DNA from: an uncultured candidate division WWE3 bacterium
GTDB lineage: Bacteria > Patescibacteriota > WWE3 > UBA101185 > UBA10185
Assembly (NCBI GenBank): GCA_963765125.1
Contig: CAVXUZ010000004.1
Coordinates: 792-64,791, forward strand
Direction: 5' to 3'
DNA: 64,000 nucleotides
Shown here: piece by piece, positions 56,904 through 64,000 of the stretch
Numbering within the stretch: position 1 is the first letter of the stretch
Layout of the letters: the number at the start of each line of letters is the position of its first letter
Made by a program: the position numbers and the translations under genes
Notes under the pieces: generated by a model
The model's database searches: none
Told to the model about the DNA's origin: nothing
Seen by the model: the letters and a program-made list of their open reading frames with translations, nothing else

Positions 56904-57746
56904 TTATTTTGTGGCTAGTTGAGAGAGCAGAACAAAACCGCCAATGACACCTGCATTTTCACCCATATCAGACTTTACGATAGGGGGAATTTCAAAAAAA
57001 TCTTGCTTAGACAATTCTTCTAGGAGAGGAGCTTTAAAATATTGTTCGTATGCGTTTGATAAGCTTCCACCTAAAACAACTACATCTGGTCCCCACAGAG
57101 AAATTACATTAAGAATACCTAAAGAGAGGTTTTTTGCGTAATCTGTCCAAACTTTGATATCGGTACAATCTGCGGGTGACATAGCGTAAAGCTCCCTAAA
57201 TCCTGTTCCTGAAACAAAAGACGAGAGACACCCAACCTGATGACACGGAGCAAAAACTCGCGAGTCCTCTTTAATCAGCATATGACCGGGTTCTGAGAAT
57301 CTTTCGTATTGATCAATCTTTTTTCCTGCTATACGAGCACCACCAACTCCAGTGCTCAGTGTTAAGTAAGCAACAACATCATAGTTTTTTCCAGCGCCGT
57401 GGACAGCCTCACCCAGCGCGCCTAAAGTTGCGTCGTTTTCAACAATAATTAAGCTATCATCAAACTCGTTGTCAAAAATCTCAGTAAATGGGATGTTGCT
57501 GAATTCATGCACATTTACAATCTGTTTAAGTTTTCTGGTCTTTTTGTCAACCAAACCCGGTACACCCACACAAATTCCGCTTATTTCTTCACCATTCAAA
57601 ACATCGTACACAGACTTAACAATGTCTTTTTGTTCACATTCTAAGTTTTGATCGGTTTTAAATATATTTTCTTCGACGATATGATCAAGATCTCGTGATG
57701 AGGCTACTCTTGTTTTTGTACCGCCTAAATCTACTGAAATGTACAT
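56904..57746 (-). CDS. ROK family sugar kinase
   Basis: DLGGTK, GVPG, ENDA, STGVGG, EPGH, C..VGCL. Confidence 0.9.
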   Translation of the reverse strand: MYISVDLGGTKTRVASSRDLDHIVEENIFKTDQNLECEQKDIVKSVYDVLNGEEISGICVGVPGLVDKKTRKLKQIVNVHEFSNIPFTEIFDNEFDDSLIIVENDATLGALGEAVHGAGKNYDVVAYLTLSTGVGGARIAGKKIDQYERFSEPGHMLIKEDSRVFAPCHQVGCLSSFVSGTGFRELYAMSPADCTDIKVWTDYAKNLSLGILNVISLWGPDVVVLGGSLSNAYEQYFKAPLLEELSKQDFFEIPPIVKSDMGENAGVIGGFVLLSQLATK

Positions 57747-57795
57747 ATGTTTTTATTATACATATTAAAAAAATTAATATATACTTACAATGTAT

Positions 57796-58422
57796 ATGAA
57801 GAAAATAACTGCCTATTTTATAAGTATTATCGCCTTATTTGCGTTTTTCCCATTAATTGCAAACGCGCAAGATGCCGCTCTGTATAATGCGGCTAAAAAC
57901 CTTCAGGAACAAGAAGAAACACCCAAAATTGACCCGCTTGCCGCGTGCTCTGAAACAAAAACTACGCTAGAAGAAAAATTTGAGATGTATTCTGTTAAAA
58001 AAGCGGAGCATTTAGCCACGTATCAAACCTTAAAGGTGTCGCTAAACGGCTTCATTGGAAAGGCTAAAGCAATGGGTTATAACACAACCTCTCTTGAAAA
58101 AGACCTCATCGAATTCGACAAGCTGGTTAATGCCTACGATAGAGCTTTTGTAGTCTTTTTGAGAAATCTTCAAAATGCAGTTGTAAATGTTTGTAATACA
58201 AATCAACAGCTTTACACAAGTAATTTAGCTTTATCAAAAACGAGTCTTGAAACAATAAGAGAAAGTACAATATCAATTTATAACTATTATTACGAAAGCG
58301 TTTTAGAAGACATTAAAAGTTTAGTAAAAATTGAGGTAGTAGAAAAAGTTGAAGAACCAGCACCAGCTACTACTCCAGCTACAACACCAGATGAAGAAGA
58401 GGGGGTTTCAGATGAACAATAA
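57796..58422 (+). CDS. secreted helical/coiled-coil protein (paralog of 55105)
   Basis: signal peptide ending ANA; Cys pair and GYNT..L motif. Confidence 0.7.
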   Translation: MKKITAYFISIIALFAFFPLIANAQDAALYNAAKNLQEQEETPKIDPLAACSETKTTLEEKFEMYSVKKAEHLATYQTLKVSLNGFIGKAKAMGYNTTSLEKDLIEFDKLVNAYDRAFVVFLRNLQNAVVNVCNTNQQLYTSNLALSKTSLETIRESTISIYNYYYESVLEDIKSLVKIEVVEKVEEPAPATTPATTPDEEEGVSDEQ

Positions 58423-58750
58423 TAATATGGTAACAAACGCAAATACGATTATTCCAAAAAAAGAGAACAAACCACATGATACAAAAATGACAATCATGAT
58501 AAGCCTTACATTAATTCTTGGGCTATTAACAGTTCTCACACTTTTGTCAGTTCTTAGCTATAACAAGACTCCTGCCAAAGAAAAGGCGGCTGAACAAAAC
58601 GTTGAGATCGTACAAGATGAAATGCCCAGCGAGAAAGTCGAAAGCGATGATGAGCTTGGTAGAAATCAACTTATAAAAGATTTTGAAAAACTAGAATTAG
58701 AAAAAGCCACAAACTTTTACTCTGAAGAAACATTCGACGCAGGTCTTTAA
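58412..58750 (+). CDS. small single-TM acidic protein
   Basis: ATG overlaps the upstream gene end; one TM. Confidence 0.65.
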   Translation: MNNNNMVTNANTIIPKKENKPHDTKMTIMISLTLILGLLTVLTLLSVLSYNKTPAKEKAAEQNVEIVQDEMPSEKVESDDELGRNQLIKDFEKLELEKATNFYSEETFDAGL

Positions 58751-58813
58751 TTAGTTTTTTGTGTGAAACTTCATCCAAACATTTACAAATTTATACTGAG
58801 CGTTAGCTGATTT

Positions 58814-59602
58814 TTAGTTAGAAGTTTTATCCCCACCAAAAGAACGATCTCTAGTTGCGTATACAATTATTGCGCGCATAAAATCTTCCTCTGTCATCTC
58901 AGGAAGAAGCTTTTCAGTAGCATAATATTCGGAGTAAACGCTTTGCCATGGCATAAAACCGCTCAATCTATGCTCCCCCGCAGTTCTTATAATGAGATCT
59001 GGAAAAGGATACGGTTGACCTGCGGTATCTAAATAATTTTTAAATGCAAAATATGGATATTTATTTTGATACATTCCGTCTGTTTTTCTCAAATCATCAA
59101 AAGTAATCTTCCCCTTTTGAATATCGTTGAAAGCTTTTTCCATTGCTCTGAGTAATTCATCATGTCCTCCATATGCAAAAGCAACGTTAGCAACAAATTT
59201 CGTATTATTTTTAGTTTTTTCTTCCCACTGATTTATTATCTTAACAATCTCGCCAGGTATCATTGCTTTGTTTCCTAAATGAACTAACCTCGCACCATCT
59301 TCGTGAGCCTCTTGGCCGGTTGTTTGAAAAACATATTGTAATAGTCTAAATAAATTTGCGATCTCAAGCGGCTCTCTTTTTTTAAGATTCTCTGTTGAGC
59401 TTCCCCAAACAGTACCTGTATGAATTCCCCATTTTCTAATAACCCGCGCAAATTTAATAAGCACCTCGACTCCAGCGTTATGCCCGTCGGTAATTGGTAA
59501 GTTATTTTTTTTAGCCCACGTTCTATTTCCGTTAGGAATTATTGCTACGTGATTAGGAAATTTATCTCTAGGGATTGAATTAAATTTTTCTTCAATAGTC
59601 AT
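58814..59602 (-). CDS. uppS: cis-prenyltransferase (UppS family), divergent
   Basis: HVAIIPNGNRTWA, GH.AG, SSTEN, YGGHDE, PDLIIRTAGE.RLSGF..WQ. Confidence 0.85.
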   Translation of the reverse strand: MTIEEKFNSIPRDKFPNHVAIIPNGNRTWAKKNNLPITDGHNAGVEVLIKFARVIRKWGIHTGTVWGSSTENLKKREPLEIANLFRLLQYVFQTTGQEAHEDGARLVHLGNKAMIPGEIVKIINQWEEKTKNNTKFVANVAFAYGGHDELLRAMEKAFNDIQKGKITFDDLRKTDGMYQNKYPYFAFKNYLDTAGQPYPFPDLIIRTAGEHRLSGFMPWQSVYSEYYATEKLLPEMTEEDFMRAIIVYATRDRSFGGDKTSN

Positions 59603-59603
59603 T

Positions 59604-60707
59604 TTATTTTTCTCGTGTGACTACATAATCAGCCAATGTCGCGAGAAGTTCTCTCTGTTTAGGATCAGATGTAATTTTTGCAATATGTTTTTTACCTTCT
59701 TCTACGAGTTTCCAGCTAAGTTTTTGCGAGTATTCTAACGCGCCAGTTTCTATCAAAATCTCGTTAACACGCTTTAAATCAGACTCTTTTACGTCCTGAT
59801 TACCGTGTACTGAGCGTAAGAATTTCAATTGTTCTGGGTTTGCATTCTCAAACGCCTTTGCAAACAAAACAGTATTTTTACCTTGTCTCAAGTCTGAATA
59901 AATAGGTTTACCCAACTCTTTTTGATTAGAAAACATACCGAGTTCGTCGTCGCGAAGCTGAAATGCAATTCCTAAAGGTAAACCGTATTCCTCAATTGCT
60001 TTATATTGGGTTGATGATTCATCTGCGCCTGCGAGTATCGCCCCGTATTGCATAGGACCAGGTATCGTGTAAAACGCTGTCTTGAATTTGTGAATTGCCA
60101 TAACTTTTTCTTCTGAAGGTGTTTCATCTTGTTCGTAAGAAACGTCTAACCCCTGACCCTGCACAGTTTGAATAACTACCTCGCTCACTCTTCTTAAAAA
60201 TCTAATTTTTAATTCTGGATCAAACTTTGTATCGTTGATAATTAGGTTTGCATAAAACGGACCTAGATCACCGACATTAATTGCCATCGAAGTTCCGTAA
60301 AGTTTTTGTGATCTTTTACTATGTGGAAATTTTTCTTTATGTACGTTTTGGTATTGAATGTGCATTGTTGGTCTGCTTCGTCTTAGTTCGTCTTCATCCA
60401 TAATGTCGTCGTGAATAAGCCCAAAGCCATGAATCACTTCACTAACCATAGACGCCTTGTAAATATCATCGCATTCAACACCGCCAAAAAGATCGTAACC
60501 AAGCTTTGTAAGTGAGCCACGTAATCTTTTTCCACCCAAAAATGCGTCAAAGCGTTCGACCATATCTAATGCAACAGGAGCTATTCTTTTTGAGAAATCC
60601 TTTTGTGAATTAAAAAAGTTATCAAAATGTGGTGAAACTTTAGAAATATACCCTACAAGGTATTCGTTAGCATTTTTGTTAATTTCTGCTCTGCTATTAT
60701 CATCCAT
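59604..60707 (-). CDS. polyprenyl diphosphate synthase (trans-type)
   Basis: GGKRLR, LIHDDIMD..ELRR, GQGLD, KTA.YT, AFQLRDD. Confidence 0.93.
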   Translation of the reverse strand: MDDNSRAEINKNANEYLVGYISKVSPHFDNFFNSQKDFSKRIAPVALDMVERFDAFLGGKRLRGSLTKLGYDLFGGVECDDIYKASMVSEVIHGFGLIHDDIMDEDELRRSRPTMHIQYQNVHKEKFPHSKRSQKLYGTSMAINVGDLGPFYANLIINDTKFDPELKIRFLRRVSEVVIQTVQGQGLDVSYEQDETPSEEKVMAIHKFKTAFYTIPGPMQYGAILAGADESSTQYKAIEEYGLPLGIAFQLRDDELGMFSNQKELGKPIYSDLRQGKNTVLFAKAFENANPEQLKFLRSVHGNQDVKESDLKRVNEILIETGALEYSQKLSWKLVEEGKKHIAKITSDPKQRELLATLADYVVTREK

Positions 60708-60722
60708 AATAATAAGTATAAA

Positions 60723-60848
60723 CTAGCAAACGCGTTTACTTTTTTTCTTGAAGCGCCTTCTCATTCTATTGGCCTGTGCTTCCTTTTTCTTTTGAGCTAG
60801 CTTATTAGTAACTGTCTTTATTTTGTCATGTAATTTGCTTCTTGCCAT
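60723..60848 (-). CDS. 41-aa highly basic protein (not in the ORF track)
   Basis: MARSKLHDKIKTVTNKLAQKKKEAQANRMRRRFKKKSKRVC; fills the gap between co-oriented genes. Confidence 0.55.
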   Translation of the reverse strand: MARSKLHDKIKTVTNKLAQKKKEAQANRMRRRFKKKSKRVC

Positions 60849-60884
60849 AATGGGTATTTTCTCATAAAACCGGTGTCATTTCCA

Positions 60885-61253
60885 TTACTCGAATGTACTT
60901 ACCAGCTTTACTGTAAACTTCATACGCTTTTTATTACCGTCTGGACCAATAATCTCTAGGTTTCCTGACTCTTTATAATAGTCAGCTAGTTCTTGGTATA
61001 AAATCTCTTTGTTCTCTGTGAGGTCATCTTTCAATTCCTTGATCTGCTGTTCGTATTCTGCAAATTTAGGGTCTGAAAGTATCTTTGATTTTCTAATTTT
61101 TAAGTCTTCTCTGATTTTTGAAGCGTCTTCTTGAAAACCAACAAAGGCGTGGTCATCTTCTAATACCTCGTCGTAGAGAGCTTTTATCTTCTTCATCTCG
61201 TCTGAGATGTCTTTTACTATTTGTAACCTATTTTTTATTGATTCTGTAGACAT
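60885..61253 (-). CDS. hypothetical coiled-coil protein
   Basis: 122-aa helical ORF. Confidence 0.7.
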   Translation of the reverse strand: MSTESIKNRLQIVKDISDEMKKIKALYDEVLEDDHAFVGFQEDASKIREDLKIRKSKILSDPKFAEYEQQIKELKDDLTENKEILYQELADYYKESGNLEIIGPDGNKKRMKFTVKLVSTFE

Positions 61254-61340
61254 AATAATATTGATTCTAACACAATACGTTTTTTACGCATTAAACTGTA
61301 TACCAGATATTTGTTTAAAAATCAAAGAATTTTCTATATT

Positions 61341-62165
61341 TTAGTGATTTTTATTATATTTTGAAGAAAAATCGTATCTTTTTAGGTAGTTTTTTCCGAA
61401 TATTTGCTCCATTTTTTGAGCATTTTTTCTAGAATATTCTCCATTTTTCGTACGTATGAGTTTACTCACAAAGCCCTCGCAACCTAGTTTATTGCAGATA
61501 TCCTGGGACAATGACCTTACGTAAATACCTTTTGAGGTTTCTACTTCTATTCTAATTTTGTTAAAGATTTTGCCTTTATTTTTATGCAAAATTATCTCCC
61601 AATTTGAAATGATATTTTCTTGTCTAAATTCTCCGCTAACTTTTTTTATATTAGAAATTATTTTTTTAATTTGATCCTCAACAGGCACTTGCTCAAACGA
61701 AATTACTTTTAAATTATAAATTTCCCCACTAATTTCGGGCGCTTGAACAGAAATATTTTCTCTCCCATACTCGTGCAAGTGTTTTCCTAAAACTTTTTTT
61801 GTAGAAAAAAGCGGGGCTCTCTGTGTGTATGAACCAATAAAACTGCTTAAAACATTTTCAACCTCGTCTTTTGTTATTTTGGTTTGGTAAATTTCATCTC
61901 TATTCGTTAAACCTAACCCGTCGAATGTATCCGTACTAATTCCTAAACATATTTCAAAATCATAAGTCTTGTGAAACTTGGCAAGTTCCTTTTTATTTAA
62001 TCTATTTTCATCTAAAAGTACTATTATTACTCCCTCAGCCATCGGATCCAGCGTACCCGTATGAGCTGTTTTTACACCAAAAACATCACTAACCCGCTGT
62101 GTAATAAGGTGCGTAGAAAACCCAATCGGTTGCCATATAGGTATAATGTTTTTTGCTTCTTCCAT
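61341..62165 (-). CDS. truB: tRNA pseudouridine(55) synthase-like protein
   Basis: AHTGTLDPMAEG, KTYDF...GISTDTFD, Q.APLFS, SKGIYVRSL. Confidence 0.9.
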   Translation of the reverse strand: MEEAKNIIPIWQPIGFSTHLITQRVSDVFGVKTAHTGTLDPMAEGVIIVLLDENRLNKKELAKFHKTYDFEICLGISTDTFDGLGLTNRDEIYQTKITKDEVENVLSSFIGSYTQRAPLFSTKKVLGKHLHEYGRENISVQAPEISGEIYNLKVISFEQVPVEDQIKKIISNIKKVSGEFRQENIISNWEIILHKNKGKIFNKIRIEVETSKGIYVRSLSQDICNKLGCEGFVSKLIRTKNGEYSRKNAQKMEQIFGKNYLKRYDFSSKYNKNH

Positions 62166-62187
62166 AGCTTTATCTTATCATTGCAGT

Positions 62188-62817
62188 GTGAAAACTATAA
62201 AAGGCAATAAAGAAGTTGAAATAGGCAAAGAAGAGCTTTTAAAACTAAGCGAGGGGTTTAAAAAAGTCGTTTTAGACATAGGAACAGGAGATGGACGATA
62301 CGTTTATAAAAATGCGATTGAAAATCCAAATACTTTTTATATAGGAGTAGACCCAAACGCAAAGCAATTAGAAATCTACTCAAAGACTGCGTTGAGAAAA
62401 AAATTGGCGAATGTTTTATTTGTAGTTGGTTCAATTGAGATAATGCCACAAGAGTTAGAAAGTTTTGCTAATAAAATAACTGTAAACTTACCTTGGGGAT
62501 CTTTACTCAAAGAAATTGTCAAACCAAATCCTTCTATTCTTAAAAAATATTTAAAGCAAGACGGAGAATTAGAAATACTTCTCGGTTACGATAGAAACTT
62601 AGAGCCCTCTGAAACTGCAAGATTAGAAATACCAGAACTCGATGATGAACTTTTAGCAAACACGATAGTTCCCGCTTTTCAAAATGACGGATTCTCTTTG
62701 GTCGAAAAATCAGAAATTTCAAGAACTTCACTAAAAAAAGTGAACACCACTTGGGGAAACAAACTTACTTTTGGTAAGGAGAGAAAGATATTTAGATTAA
62801 AATTTGCATTAAAATAG
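62188..62817 (+). CDS. NpmA/KamB-like 16S rRNA (adenine1408-N1) methyltransferase homolog
   Basis: IKGNKEVEI..EEL, LDIGTGDGR.VYK.A....NTFYIG.DP, LPWGSLL, W..KL.FG..R.IFR, matching NpmA along its length; GTG 6 nt after TATCAT. Confidence 0.8.
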   Translation: MKTIKGNKEVEIGKEELLKLSEGFKKVVLDIGTGDGRYVYKNAIENPNTFYIGVDPNAKQLEIYSKTALRKKLANVLFVVGSIEIMPQELESFANKITVNLPWGSLLKEIVKPNPSILKKYLKQDGELEILLGYDRNLEPSETARLEIPELDDELLANTIVPAFQNDGFSLVEKSEISRTSLKKVNTTWGNKLTFGKERKIFRLKFALK

Positions 62818-62849
62818 ACAACCCGCATCACATACACTACTATTTAATT

Positions 62850-64000
62850 GTGAAGTATCATACTTTAGAAATTGTTAGAACATCCCTCGAATTAGCATGG
62901 AAGCATAAAATATTATGGATTTTTGCTTTAGCTATTACAGGGGCAGGGTTTGGAGGAGGAGGCGGCGGCGGAGACTTTTTAAACAGCCCTACAATGAAGG
63001 ATGGTCCTCTAGGAACCAGTGAAAACAGTAGCGTTTTTTATGAACCAACAACTGAAGAATCGGTGTATGGTGCGCAAACAATGGTTCTTGGAGATTCAGT
63101 AGCTTTAGATGATGAATTTCCCAAAATGAGAACAACAGACACCTCTGAGTACGACTTAAGGTCTCCCGATCGCCCACAAAAAGATGATATTTTCTCACGA
63201 CTCAACAACGTTGAAAATAAAAAGACGTCAACTATCTTTTTAATCGTATTAGCGATCTCATTTTTACTGTTTCTTCTTACAGGAATTATTGTCTCCGCGA
63301 TTCGAAAATCATGGGCTCTTGCAGCAACAATTGAAGGAACATTTTTAACTTCTGAAGATGGGCAAAACCAGCCACTCGATAAAGTCGCGCTCTCAAAATA
63401 TGGACTTGAAAAATTCTGGAACATTATTAAATTCTATTTGTTAATCGTTAGTTATTATTTGATATTTATAGTTTTGATTATTGGTCTACCTTTTGCTATG
63501 CGTTTAATCGCTATAGCTCTACCGGATATGAGTATAGTATTTTCAATAATTAGCGGCATAATCATTTTTGTTGCCTTTGTTTTGTTTATACTACTTAATC
63601 TATCGATAGGCTTATCGTTAAGAGTTCTTCTACAAGAAAATATGCCTCCTCGTAAAGCATTTACACAAGGCTTTAACTTAATGTTTAAGAATTTTGGTTC
63701 TTTTCTTAAAATCACTCTTGCAAGCGTTGTTGTTATATCTTCTATGGTTATGGCAATAGCGGTATTTAGCGGAATATTAACAGTTACAATATTTAAGGTG
63801 GCGCGCGCAACAAATATAGCAAATATGGATTTTAATCTTTTAAAAATAGCTTTTTCTGGGGTTGCTTTATCAATAATAGTGATAATCTTTGTTTTGCTAG
63901 TCAGTGCCGCAGGTGGCTTTATTACCACATATTTTGAGTACACTTGGACATTTTTATATAAAAAAATAGCAAATAAAAATTTATCTGCGGGAGTCCCTAC
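62850..64000 (+). CDS. polytopic membrane protein (partial, runs off window end)
   Basis: GTG 6 nt after TACTAT; ...SLELAWKHKILWIFA...GGGGGGG then several TM segments. Confidence 0.75.
   Translation, partial: MKYHTLEIVRTSLELAWKHKILWIFALAITGAGFGGGGGGGDFLNSPTMKDGPLGTSENSSVFYEPTTEESVYGAQTMVLGDSVALDDEFPKMRTTDTSEYDLRSPDRPQKDDIFSRLNNVENKKTSTIFLIVLAISFLLFLLTGIIVSAIRKSWALAATIEGTFLTSEDGQNQPLDKVALSKYGLEKFWNIIKFYLLIVSYYLIFIVLIIGLPFAMRLIAIALPDMSIVFSIISGIIIFVAFVLFILLNLSIGLSLRVLLQENMPPRKAFTQGFNLMFKNFGSFLKITLASVVVISSMVMAIAVFSGILTVTIFKVARATNIANMDFNLLKIAFSGVALSIIVIIFVLLVSAAGGFITTYFEYTWTFLYKKIANKNLSAGVP

Noticed and set aside
3055-57651. Numerous short antisense or off-frame ORFs inside known genes (e.g. 11757-12251, 25640-26044, 27766-28194, 35064-35408)
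   Set aside because: They overlap well-supported genes, lack motifs and start signals, and look like codon-bias shadows.
63038-63943. Minus-strand ORFs 63038-63424 and 63455-63943
   Set aside because: Antisense shadows of the + strand membrane gene starting at 62850.
1-64000. CRISPR array, tRNA/rRNA, prophage, DGR or retron
   Set aside because: No regularly spaced repeats, cloverleaf, phage structural genes, reverse transcriptase or TR/VR pair was seen by eye.

Overview
AT-rich, gene-dense bacterial chromosome segment read with the standard genetic code (TGA is used as a stop). Gene content and style suggest a Patescibacteria/CPR organism, probably of the Microgenomates/WWE3 group (inference, not a database result). 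The left half (1-33 kb) is an accessory-like mosaic of small orphan genes and pseudogene fragments. It also holds an NrtR-regulated operon (PP2C phosphatase, YegI-like kinase, PncA, vWA, PncB), an ECF transporter, an ANT(4')-like nucleotidyltransferase and hisS. The right half is more core: typA, dcd, a minimal NiFe-hydrogenase cluster, a 2-oxoacid:ferredoxin oxidoreductase with ferredoxin and an ADP-forming acyl-CoA ligase fused to an FNR domain, tgt, a ROK kinase, uppS, a polyprenyl synthase, truB and an NpmA-like methyltransferase. No rRNA, tRNA, CRISPR array, integrase or transposase was recognised. The strongest unexplained signals are: (1) a ~490-nt, densely base-paired, promoter-to-terminator non-coding transcript at ~32025-32518; (2) a dispersed, non-polarised 15-mer ATCACCAAACCAAAA with uptake-sequence-like behaviour; (3) a TerY-P-like phosphorylation triad interleaved with NAD salvage genes under three NrtR boxes; (4) a split between leaderless genes and Shine-Dalgarno-led orphan cassettes; (5) a three-member family of small orphan proteins. 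All calls were made by eye, without searches or folding software.
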